Positions 1 to 10,778 of a stretch of 55,249 bases of DNA are shown here, piece after piece. The stretch is from Cyanophora paradoxa CCMP329. Its lineage: Eukaryota; Plantae; Glaucophyta. Made by a program: the position numbers and the translations under genes. Each line of letters opens with the position of its first letter. Within the stretch, counting starts at the first letter, position 1. Location: positions 1-55,249 of the forward strand of contig QPMI01000678.1 in NCBI GenBank assembly GCA_004431415.1, read 5' to 3'. The notes under the pieces are model-generated. The model saw nothing but the letters and a program-made list of their open reading frames with translations. It ran no database searches and was not told where the DNA came from.

Positions 1-1600
1 CGCGTGGTGCACGGTTCGGCCCCGCGTGGGGGTTGAACTGGTGCGGCCGGTGCAGGTACGCGTAGGACATGCGACACGTGTGGTGCATGACCGTGTTCAG
101 CGTGGCGTACGCCTTCGTGATCGGCCCGTCCTCACGGAGCGGGAGAGCGGGCTCCGAGGAGACCCACTTAGTGATGTGCTCATCGAGCCCCATCATCGCG
201 AGCACGTAGGGCAGGCCCTGGACGTCCGCACCCTCGAGGGTGGTCGGAGTCGGCGGGACCGGCGGCCCGTAGAGCAAAATCGCGGCAGGGATGCCGCGGT
301 TATGCCCTTCGACGTTTCCAAGGACCGTCGAGGCGAGGCTGTGCAGAGCAGCATCGGCGTCGAGCGCGTCCGGGTGGAAGCGCGTTTGCAGGTGTGTGCC
401 CGGGTTAAACACGGGGCCGCAGTCCCGTGGCCCGTTCTCGCCGTACATGAGAGTACGGAGGCGGGGGATTGCGCCCCAGGGCTGCTGCTCGGGCAACGTG
501 TTGGTTGCGGAGCCCGCCCCGAGCGGGTCCGGGAGCAGCACGCAGTACTTTTCGCAGTACCGCAGGCGCTCGAGCGTGCCGTCGTACCAAGTGCGCGAGC
601 CCGGAGGGGCTTGCGGGTCCGGAGCCGGGGGCTCGGAGGGACCGGCGGCAGCGGCGCTCGAGGCGGAGGCGGCGGCTGTGGCCTCGACCATGGGCGTGTC
701 GCCCGCGGCGTCGCGCTCGTTCGCGCGAACGGCGCCGGCCCAGTCGTCGATCCACCGCACGAACGGCAGAGAGCGGATGACGACTTCCGCGCCCTCGACG
801 GGGAAGTCGATTTCGCCCAGGGTCCAAGAGGCCCCTTCGACGGCGTTGTCGTACAGCCGAACCTCCTGGCTCAGCCAGGAGTCCGCGTCCATCTTTGCGG
901 CGGCCCGCTGAACAACTTCGGAGATGTTCAGGTCCGGGGGGTACATGGAGGCGAGCTCGCAGACGAGACCCTCGCAACCCGGGTGCAGCGCGCGGACGCG
1001 CCCGTAGAAGAAGCGAACTTCTTCGGGCAGCTGTTTGTTCCGAGTACGGAACAAAGGGCACGGTTCCCGGACCAGTGCGTCCGCTGAACCAGCACGACAT
1101 CAGCCAGCGTGCGTGGGCAGGCACGGGCTCGACGACATCAAGACCGGGCCCGTGTTTTGGGACGCGCGCCAGCGGTCATTGACGTAGTATCCCGGCAGGC
1201 GGGAGACGTGGAACTCAAAGCGGTCCAGGAAAACCGCGTCCCAGTGGAAACAGGTCCACCGGTCCGGCTCCGTCGGGAGCTCAGGGCGCGGGGTCAAGAG
1301 ACCCGAGTTCCAGGCTGCAAGTTCGAACGACGCAACCGCGCGCCGTAGGAACCGCACGTTGGCGGGGTGCCGCTGGGGCACGCTCAGCTCAAGTCGCTCC
1401 CACGCCTCGCGCGAGGCGTCTGCGTGGAAGTGGCTAAACCGGCGCCACGGGGGCTGCGCGGTTTCTGCTGCGAGCCAGCCCTGGAGTTCGGGGTGGGGCT
1501 CGATTTGCAGCAGGAGCGGGTTCTGGGCCTGCGTGAGGCCACTGTTCGCGAGCCACATGTGCTCGACCACGTCGACCAGTTGGACGACGGGGCGGGGCAA
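1..1600 (-). CDS. Unknown protein; minus-strand frame runs off the left edge of the window
   Basis: ORF 1100..1600 continues in the same frame past its TGA (…LPEEVRFFYGRVRALHPGCEGLVCELASMYPPDLNISEVV…) and stays open to base 1. The TGA lies in a plausible short intron (GC donor gcgcgt, ctgat branch, ttcag acceptor). No domain recognised. Confidence 0.4.
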
Positions 1601-4399
1601 CCGACGAGCTCAAAGAGCTTTGCGTCGATGCCGCCTCGGACGAAGAGCGCGTGCCACATGTGCTCACGGGCGTCGGCATCGATACCGCATGCTCATCGGA
1701 TTCCATGGCGTCTGGAGGCGGCGTGGCGCGCCACCCTCGCCCTCATCCGACGAGCCGGAGCCCGGGTCCGAACTGCCGCTGGCGGCGGCGCGGTCGCCGG
1801 GCGGGCGAGCAGGGCACCGCGGCGGGCGCGCGAGCCGCCTCGCCACGGCCCTCGGTGGTGCGGCGGCTGCCGCAGTCGGCTTGCCGCGGCCACGGCGCGT
1901 GGTGGCGACTGTTCGGGCCAACGCATCGCACGAAGCGATGATTTCGTTATGCTTGTCCCACACCGAACTGTTGTGTGGGCCCTTATAGCGCCGGCGCACT
2001 TCGCCGTAGACCACCGCATGCGGTGGCCGGCTTATCAAGGAGCGTGGTGGCGTAAACGCCGGACTGCGACATGCAGTAGCAGACCCAGACGAACACACAC
2101 CACGTGAATTCGCCATTGCGAGCGGCGGAATCCATTTCTCCTTGCAGCGCTTTCATGAGCCACAGGAACTCGGGGCTCGAGCGGCGCTCGTTCTTCACCA
2201 GGTCCGGCGACCAAGGCGCGGGACGGCGCGGGAGGCGAGCAGGTCGAGCACGTCGACCTCGCGATGGTTATCGCGGCGGGGCACCGGATAACGGCGATCG
2301 AGGAACGCCTCGATGCTAGGCCCGCGCATCAGGGGTCGGCGTCCGGGTGGTGCCGGAACCGGAGCCCCTCGTCGGGACCGACGGGGCGGTCCACAACGAC
2401 GGTGGGGCAGCGCGGTACGTGCCAATCCCAGGAGCCAGTCAGAGAACAGCAGAGAGCTGAACTCGTCGGGGCGCCGCGGGTCAATGAGCCGGCCATGCGC
2501 TGCACGGCGACGCGCTCGGGCACGTAGACAACGCGCCACTTGTCAAATCGGAGCCGTGCTGGACGAGCTCGGAAAGGTTGACGAGCGGGGGCTCGCCCCG
2601 CACGCAGCGGGCGCGGCGCTCGCCTGTGTGGCCAGGACGCGAGCGGCGACGGTGCCCTCGGAGCTCTTGTCGAAGCAAGCAGCGCCGGCGACCTCACGCA
2701 GCCTTGCGGCATACGTTTGGTACTGAGTGACGGGCGAGCCACGTCGTGAGGGTGATCCACTCAAAAGGGCTTTCTTGCCAAATCCCAGAGCCCCCGGAAC
2801 GACCGTGAGGGTGCGGAAACGGATTATGGCCAGCAGCAACTGCACGCAGTATGCGTGGAAGTCGCAGTCCTCGTGGAGGATCTCGCGGGCTGCGGCGAGT
2901 GCCGAGCGCATCGCGTGATAGCCCGTCAGGGCCGGCGAGACCGGGGTATCGGGCGTCTCGTCCAGTCCCGCGGGTCAAACGCCACGTCATACCCGTTGGC
3001 ACTCTCAGCCAGGATGCGGGGCCACTGCAAGCCCGGCTGGCGAGCAGGTACGCGGACGCGACGAGAAGGGACAAGATCGGCGAGCGATCAGAGTCGCTAA
3101 GCCAACTCGCCTCAGATGCGAGGTCCAGCATGCCGACTTCGGGGCATGCTGCTCCCAAGCGGCGAGCAGATCGTCCCACGCGCGCGGCGACGCGGTGTCG
3201 AACTCGAAGGCGAGATCGGGCCAGACGACTTCGGAGTCGTTCAGGCGGGGGACGACCCCGGAGCACGAGCCCGGGTCCTCGGGTGGGCGAACGCCGCGCG
3301 CAGAATTGCACGCATAGCGCGGCCGGAATCCGGGCCCTCATGCAGGCGGTGGTCCGTGCGGGCGACCACGGCCGCAGTCTCGATCACGCAAGCGAGGTTG
3401 TTAACCTCGTGCGCTGAGTCAAGCGACCCAGGAGGAGACGGTCCGCGCGGTTCAGTCCGCAGGCGCCCAGGAAGCGATCGGCAACGATGCCGATCGTACC
3501 CTCGCCGGCAAGTTTGCGCACAAGCGGGATTTGCTTATGCCCCTCCATGCCGTTGGTGAAGAGGAGCCCGACGGCCCTCGACAGCGCGCGAGGCTCCGAG
3601 GCCAGCAGCGCGTACCACTTAGAGAGTGGCATGAGCAGGGGGCAATGCGGCGGACAATGAAGCGGCTGCCCTCGCGTTGCGAGTCAACGAGCACGCTCTC
3701 GGTGTGGTCGCCGGGCTGTACCGCAGCCCGGTGGGCGCGGACATTGGCTTTTTCTCGACGTATTCGAGACCCGAGCCCTTGCCGCAGGGATCCAGGGGGT
3801 CGGACTCCGAGCGGACGCTCAGTCCGTCGGCGTCGGTCTCGCCGATTTCCGAGTCCCCTGAGCCATCGTCGCATGCCGGGCTGGCAAAGCGCAGGGCGGC
3901 CTCGAACTCGGTCTCACGCGCGGCGTCGTCAAGGGCGCCGGCAGCGAGGGTCGAGGCGGCCGCGTCGAAGGCGGCCTGGTCACGCGCCCGGGCGGCGGTG
4001 ACGCTGGCGTCGGCCGGCTGGCGCACGGCGGCGACGGGGACGCTGAGGTCCATGTCCGTCTCAGTGCCCACGGCATCACGAGGACGGACTTGATCGACGG
4101 GTCGCCGGTTGGGGCGCCGGGCCGGGCTTGCTGCCTGCCGAGGAGGAGCTCGCGGCACGCGCGGCCTCGTGCAGGCTTGCTGCTGCGACTGAACCAGCAG
4201 ATGCTGGAAGATTCAGCCATGTGGGCAGCGCCCGGGTTCGGCGGCTCGGAGCGCGGCGGATCGCCTCCGGCGCGAACTTGGTTGAACCGGGGCCGGGGCC
4301 CGCGGTTCTGCTCGGGGCCATAGCCGCGGCCGCGGCCGCTCTGGGCGTTGCCCTGGGCGGAGGGGCAATCCCGGCGCATGTGGTCCAGCGAGCCGCAGG

Positions 4400-5961
4400 T
4401 CAGCAGCCTCGCTGCTCATCCTGCTCGCTCGTCTCCTTACCCTTCCCCAGTGGGCGCTGGTTCGGGCCGGAGGCCGGGCCACGGCCGGAGCCGCCGGCGT
4501 AGCCGCTGCGGGCGCCGCCGCGGAACCCGCCGCGGGCTTGGAAACCGCCCCGGGGGTACGGCTCCTGGCGGTGTCCACCGCGGTGGGCGTAACCGCCGCG
4601 GGTCGGGCCGGGGTCCCCGCGCTCGTCGCGGTCGGGGCCCTCGTCCTCACGGGTCGCGCGTTCGCGGCGCTTCAAGCCCGCCCGCTTCTCAGCGATCCCC
4701 TTCACCCAGTCGGCGTACGGGATGCCGGGGAACGGGGCCGTGCCCCACGCGCAATTCCACGTAAAGTGGCAGCGGTCGAGGGCCGGCATCTCCACGTGCA
4801 TGCACAGGGGGCATGGCATCGTGGTGGTGCACGGGTACCTAGGTTTTCCTCGTCTGGGTGCCGGCGGCTCGAGACGGGGGCGCCCGGCGGCGCCTTGGTG
4901 CCAGGGGCGGCGTGCACCGATTTCGTCGGGACGGCCTCGTCAGGCTCGTCCGCGTCATCGGCCGCACGGCCATTTTGCGCACGCGGGGCGCTTGGTCTCA
5001 GGCGCCTCGGGCGCGACCATGACCTGGGCGGCAGCACGGTACGGCAGCCGTGCGTCTCGCATGCCTGGAGGAATAGATCGTCCAGCTGGAGCGGCGACAG
5101 GGCGCCGTCCAGAGCGAGAATGCGCTGGTCCAGCGCAGTGAGGAACTCGCGCAGCGTGCGCTCGTTCAGCTTCGCGAACCCGGCCATCCGAACATCAAGG
5201 TTCTGATATTCCGGGTCCTCGCTCGTCGCACGGGCCTCAAGCGCAGTGCGCAGGCACTCGCGTAGTACACGGCGAGGCGCTGGCCCGTCGGCAGCGTGTG
5301 CCGGACGAGAGGCAAGAACCAGTCGTGCCATGAGCGCGGATCCTCGCCGTGTAGGGCTCAGTGAGGGCCCGGCGGGCCGCGTGCGGGCGCGCCTTGTGGA
5401 TCCACGCCGTGATCGTGTCTAGCAGCCCGGGGGCACGCAAGTACGCATCACGCGTGGCCACGATTGAGGCCTCATCACGCGCGCAGCTCTGCTGCAGCGC
5501 GAGGATCGTGCGTCGTCATCGGCAGAGCGCAAGTTCGCCGGGACGAGCTCAAGGCGCCGCAGCGTAGCGCGGTCACGCTCCAGGCCAGCAATAGAGGCCT
5601 CATAGAGGTCGCGCTTACGCTCGATTACGGCGCGGAGGGCGCCGGGGCGGATGCGCCCGACGATCACTCCGGCAAGAGCCTCGGACTTAGTATACTCCTG
5701 GCCGCCGGCAGCGTCGGGGCCAAAGAGATACTTCGTCGGCTGCGCCGACTGATAGTCCGGACGTCCTTGCGGAACCGGTCACCATCGGCGAGGCGGGGCT
5801 GGGCGGGCAAGAATCGATCCGCGCGGGATCGTCATCAGCCACAGCCGAGGCGCCGGGGCGGCGTACTGCACAGCAAGTTCGGCCTTCGCAGGCTCAACAT
5901 GCGCGAGCGCAGACAGCTGGCTCCGGACTTCAGAACTAAGAAGTTCCGAGGAGTTTGACAT
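4400..5961 (-). pseudogene. Frame-broken gag-like ORF (capsid-like helix, CCHC-like knuckle, RGG tail)
   Basis: Consecutive minus-strand fragments in shifting frames: EYQNLDVRMAGFAKLNERTLREFLTALDQRILALDGALSPLQLDDLFLQAC (resembles a retrotransposon Gag capsid C-terminal region), then CPLC-x11-HFTWNC, then RGG repeats. No reverse transcriptase motif seen. Confidence 0.4.
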
Positions 5962-7769
5962 GTTGTTCTCTTTGCAACGTAAAGCCGCAAGAACAAGATG
6001 CCGGGGAGAGCACTAGGCGCGGGATTTGATCTGCAGCTCGCTGCAGAATCCGGCGCGGGGATCTCGCGGTCACGCAAGAGCGCGACTCAGGACACTTAGA
6101 GAGCTGCTCGCAGCAGTCTCCGTGGCACGGTTGCTCGCAACCGGCGATGGGACAGGCAATGATGAGACTCTCGAGAGAGAGCTCGGCGCGTGCGCTTCGG
6201 TCTGGGATGACCCGAAGCCCGCGATAGGCACTAGAGACGTTTCCGGTGCACTACCGTCCAACCGCAAGCGGTACAGGCGGCGCACTCAAACGCAAAGCAA
6301 CCGTGGGACGGCGCTCGCGCGGAAAGCAGGTCTCTGGCTCCAATAGGCACTGGCAAGGCGGCGCAGCGATGCGCGCTGCGCGGCGGGCTGGGGAGAGCGA
6401 TACGGACTCAGACCCTTGAAGGTTCGATTCCGGCAGAATGGCGCCTGTCGCGTGCGAGATTAGTGTGTCTAATCGTGCGCGCGAGAAGCCCGTGCGGAGT
6501 GCAAGCTCGGCAGGGCGGGGTTTGGCGAGTGCTGCTGCTGTTAGCCACCGTGATGGTAGACTGAGGGTGTACCCGTCAACTACGGCGTACCCCGACACAC
6601 GCATACAAATGACCGCGGCGCTCTAACTAGCCTAGGCGCCGTCGGCCTAGCAGCACGAAGGCTGCTTCGTGCTGCATACATCATCTAGAGCCCTAGCGGC
6701 TCACAATCGAGCATCCACTGTAAGTCGGATGCGACACAGTCATGATCACTGAGTGTTGGTTATATTTTCGAGCAAACATCGACCACAGAACTGATCATGA
6801 AGAGGTGCAGACACCTTCACGCATCGGCCAGCTGCAGGCGCCGGCCTCGAGATCGGCGGCGAGGTCAGAGAGGAGGAGATCCTCGTCGAATTCCGCCTCC
6901 GCCGAGTCGGCGCCCTGCGCGCGTTCACGGTTCATCATTCGCGGGTTGCACGCGCGGCTCGACGATTTGTCACTGAGTCAGCTGCTCACCTCGACATCGG
7001 CCTCGCTCACGGTGGCCGTAGTCTCATCAAGGCACAACTTGCCGCTAATTTGGAGACGATAATCAGCAGGCGATCGACGCTGAAGCGTCGGCGGAGTGGT
7101 GATCATAAATGATGATCAACGCACCGCATCCGGTCATTGGTCTGTTGATACGATAACATTACAGACGGCGTCAGCCGGAACCTTCCGTTAACGTACTCCA
7201 CAGACCCGCGCCAACAGACGATTGCGAATACGTAGTGGTGGGGACCGGTGGTGACATACTGGGGAGGTTGATGGCGCCGGTGTTAGCGGCCATTGCTGCT
7301 GATTCCGAATTGCCCATCTTATGCTTTGAAGAAAGAGGCTGGAACGCGGGCGCAAGCCTTGAAGCCTTGAAGGATCCCGGAGGAGCTCAGCAACCCGCTC
7401 GCTTTGCGCGTCTGACCGAGAGACCGTGCGCGCCGCCGGGCCGATGCTGCACGACGTGCCAGATTGCAACAAGCTGCAGCGGCTCAGAGCCTCAGACCCT
7501 CCTCGCAAGTTGAACTGGTTGTAGACTTGTACCGGGGTAGTAGGAGACGGTTTGCGGCCCCAAATTGCCTACTCATGATCAGGCTACTGAGGCTAGTAGG
7601 AGACGGTTTGCGACCAAAAAAAACAAATCAACGGTCCGCACCCCCAAAAAACGGCGTGCTAAGAGCCTAAGACACCCTAGGAGTCTAGGACAGCCTAAAA
7701 AAATAGTTATGCAAACTAGGATTTTTTTTTTTGGTGAATTACCGGCCACCGGAACCTGCAGGCTGCACC

Positions 7770-8475
7770 CAGAGTTCATACATACACGCTGTCTAATTCA
7801 TGCTTTCCGTGTTCGAATCGCCCTGCGATGAGAATCACGCCTTCGAATCCCGCCCGCTCCACATAATTCCGATCGATCATGTCCCACCTTGCCTGTATAC
7901 GCCCCCGCAGTGCTGGAGTAGACTAGAGGCTGTGGCCGGTAATTCACCAAAAAAAAAATGCACCCAGAGTTCCAAAATGTTTTGTGGGCCCAGGAGACCC
8001 CCAAAAAATTTTAAAAAATTTAAAAAAGTTTTGAAAAATTTCTCAAAAATTTTTGCCATACAAACGAGAAGGCACGTTCCAGAGGCGCGCAAACGCGCTC
8101 TAAACGTGCTCTTAAGGTCCTCTTAACATTCTTGTAGCATGGGAAGTGGTCAGAAGTTTTATTTCGAGCCCATTTGGGCGAAGGCACACTCATGAATTTC
8201 CTAGGGCTCGCCAGGGGTACAGTGAGGTCTGACCCTTATCGACGTGCAGAGTGCCCGGCGGCCCCTATCGCATTGCTTATCGCTTAAACTTCATTATACA
8301 TGCAAGAGATACGTATAGGAAGCTTATTACGACGTGTTCTGCACGAGAAAAGGGCCCCCCGAATATTTTCTCGAGAAAAAGTTTTTGAGCGTCCAGCCGA
8401 GACCAAAACATTTTGCAAAAACTTTTACAAAAACTTTTGTTTTATTTTTCGAAAACTTTTTCGGCCGGAACCCTG
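7770..8475. mobile_element. Non-autonomous hAT-type DNA transposon
   Basis: 8-bp TSD GCTGCACC at 7762-7769 and 8476-8483. Terminal inverted repeats CAGAGTTC(C) / GGAACCCTG. AT-rich interior with no transposase. Left end is interrupted by a retroposon. Confidence 0.7.
7778..7958 (+). mobile_element. Short poly(A)-tailed retroposon (SINE or 5'-truncated LINE)
   Basis: Exact 14-bp direct repeat TGCACCCAGAGTTC at 7764-7777 and 7959-7972. A10 tail at 7949-7958. The same 17-bp 3' end plus tail occurs inverted at 7722-7749. Confidence 0.75.
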
Positions 8476-8685
8476 GCTGCACCTGATAACCATATGCATT
8501 GAATGGGACTGTGCTACGGTAACAGTTCGTATTAACTTCGGAAGTTCGTAACTTAGTAGTAACATCGCCGCGGCGCGATCGGCGGCGGGCCTCCCGGCCG
8601 GCGGGCCCGGCTTCAGTACTAGTAACTAGTAGTAAGTTGCTCCATACGGACTTATAATTACTAAGTTGGTAAGACTTATAGTATA

Positions 8686-8929
8686 CCGTGTAATACTTAC
8701 TAAGTTAATTACCGCGCTGACATAACTACTGCGCTACCATATTACTGCGCTCAAAATTTTTAGAACGCAGTAATTTGGTAGCGCAGTATATATACCCCTT
8801 GGCTAGTATTACCCTATTTTCGAGGCCATTATTACTGGAACGCAGTAATTTGGTAGCGCAGTAAAGCGCTAACCGGCGTAGAAATTTAGAACGCAGTAAT
8901 TTGTGGCGCAGTAAATAAGTGTTACACGG
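8686..8929. mobile_element. Tc1/mariner/pogo-type MITE
   Basis: TA flanks at 8684-8685 and 8930-8931. 14-bp TIR CCGTGTAA(T/C)ACTTA with one mismatch. Many internal TTACYGCGCT / CGCAGTAA repeats in both orientations, continuing to about 9025. Confidence 0.7.
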
Positions 8930-9134
8930 TATACCGCGCTGACTTAACTACCGCGCAGCCAGGTCCGCGCTGCCAAATTTTTTTAAATTACCGCGCTAAA
9001 AAAATTACCGCGCAAATTACTGCACATGCCATGATGCGTTCTTCAAGAAGTTGACAAGAACCGTTGAACCGTTGAACGGAGCGCCTCTCGAGCTCCCAGC
9101 TGCCAGCTGGAGATGGACCCCGAGGACCTGGAGG

Positions 9135-9524
9135 TAGGGTTGGCAGCTTGAAATTTCAAGCCATTGAAATTGCATTGAAATTGAAAATTCAATTTCAATT
9201 TCAACGCCGCCCGTTGAAATTGCATTGAAATAGAATATAAAAATAATAAAATATATTGAATTTCTCCGTTTTCGCACCCTCAGCTTCCCCTTCCCAGCCC
9301 CTCCGGCCTTCCCGGGAGCCCTCCCAGCCCGTAAAGAGACTCAGAGAGTGAGAGTGAAGTCGATTAGAGACAATTCAGAGTGAAAGAGACTCTCCGCAGT
9401 GCGTGGGGTCTCTGCAAGTGCTGCACTGCGGATTGGAATTTCAATTGAATTTTCAAAGCTTTCAAAGGGTCGACTTTCAGTTTCAACGCCAAATTTTTGA
9501 ATTTCATGAAATTCACCAACCCTA
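9135..9524. mobile_element. Non-autonomous hAT (Ac/Ds-like ends) element
   Basis: 8-bp TSD CCTGGAGG at 9127-9134 and 9525-9532. TIR TAGGGTTGG / CCAACCCTA. Subterminal TTGAAA/TTTCAA repeats. Confidence 0.85.
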
Positions 9525-9564
9525 CCTGGAGGACCTGGAGGCTGGAGGAGGACCTAGTCTCAAC

Positions 9565-10146
9565 CAGTGCTGAGTAAAATTTACTCCCCAAAAATTGGCC
9601 TGAAAACTTTCTGCATGCGCAAGCTTAAGCTTTGGAAAATTATGTGCAAATATTTGCGCCATTGAAAACATTCCAAGCACCGCAAAAGCACTGTATCTCG
9701 TAGCTATAGCAAATAAGCGTCTAAACGAGCTCGAGAGATATGGGCTTTACGATGATACCTGTACATGTGCGTTTAGATTCAAAATACGCAAGCGTTTTGT
9801 CTTGTTTCAAGTTTTAATTTGCATTCTTTTCAGAGTCGCCGATCGCGAGAGGGGGTACCCATCTTAATGAAGCGACCTTCGCCTCCTGATCATGACGCCC
9901 ATGTAGCTCTCTCACCTTTAAAACTATGCCAGAACCGAAGGAATGCCGCGAGCAGCCGATAGACCTTGCTCGTAATTGGCGGTGGGTACCGGTGGGGTGC
10001 GGAGGGGGGTCAAGCTTAAGTCACTGAGTGCAAATTTACTGAAAGTTTTCTATAGTTGCCGGCGGGGATGAAAATTAACTAGTACTGAAAGTTTGCAAGA
10101 AAATTTTCAACTGAAAGTTTGCCCAGCGCAAAGATACGCAGCACTG
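9565..10146. mobile_element. Non-autonomous hAT element
   Basis: 8-bp TSD GTCTCAAC at 9557-9564 and 10147-10154. 12-bp TIR CAGTGCTG(A/C)GTA. Subterminal ACTGAAAGTTT repeats. Confidence 0.85.
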
Positions 10147-10229
10147 GTCTCAACTCAGTGACTTGTACTATGATCAGGCTCGAGCTTTACAAGAATTCGA
10201 ACGGCGAGCTTTTCCAGGCTTATATGCAT

Positions 10230-10402
10230 CATGCATGACCAGCTTCCCCCACTTCCTCCTCAGGGTTGCAACCGACAGCGCCCTGCTGCATGCGGGGCGC
10301 GGCGGACCGGAGGGCGTCCTCCGGATCCGGGGCTGGCTGGGCGATCGCTTCAGGATGTACTGCCCGAAGCGCGAGCTATTCGGCGACGAAGCCGACGAGT
10401 AG
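10230..10402 (+). pseudogene. 3'-terminal exon remnant of an F-box gene paralogue
   Basis: FPHFLLRVATDSALLHAG…GVLRIRGWLGDRFRMYCPKRELF aligns by eye with the last exon of the neighbouring F-box gene, LNAHLNMHVGTDDALLYSAAKGVLSGWRQDVKVYYPKNKL. Confidence 0.65.
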
Positions 10403-10428
10403 CTCCTCTTCCGATCCCCTGCTGTGCT

Positions 10429-10710
10429 TCCCCCCCCCACCCCACACCCCCCACCCCCCCACCCCCCTCCCCCCCCCCCCCTCCCTCCCCCACCCCCCCG
10501 CCCTCCCAGTACCTGCGCTCCCGCCTCCCAGTCCCTGCGCCTCCCCCTCCCCCTCCCCCCCTTCCCCCCCTCCCCTCCCCCCCTCCCCCCTCCCCCCCAC
10601 TCACCCCCTCCTCCCCGCCACCGCTTCCCCGCCCCCATCGCCCCTCTCCACCCCGCCGGCCCTGCCCTTCCCTCCCTCACCCTGTCGCCTCCCCTCCCTC
10701 GTTCCCCTTC
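10429..10710 (+). repeat. C-rich low-complexity tract (G-quadruplex-prone on the minus strand)
   Basis: Runs of C3-C11 separated by single A/T/G bases. A mirror G-tract lies at about 12023-12068. Confidence 0.85.
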
Positions 10711-10778
10711 TCGCCCTGTGTTCTCTCGAGCTCCCTTTTTGAGCACCTTGTCTGCATCCCTCTCTCGTCTTTCCCTGT

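Noticed and set aside
26-1087. 353-aa plus-strand ORF
   Set aside because: Looks like the antisense shadow of the minus-strand frame, which has a more protein-like composition.
6415-6440. GGTTCGATTCC resembling a tRNA T-loop/B-box
   Set aside because: No 5-bp T-stem, acceptor stem or cloverleaf can be formed.
6760-7510. Coding-like minus-strand fragments
   Set aside because: Short, interrupted and without a recognisable domain; cannot be supported as a gene.
8700-9025. Repeated TTACTGCGCT motifs as a CRISPR-like array
   Set aside because: Short, irregularly spaced, in both orientations and inside or beside a TIR element. No cas genes, and the context is eukaryotic.
7524-10168. GACTTGTAC at both ends as a 9-bp Mutator TSD
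   Set aside because: No terminal inverted repeats inside the putative TSDs; may be chance.
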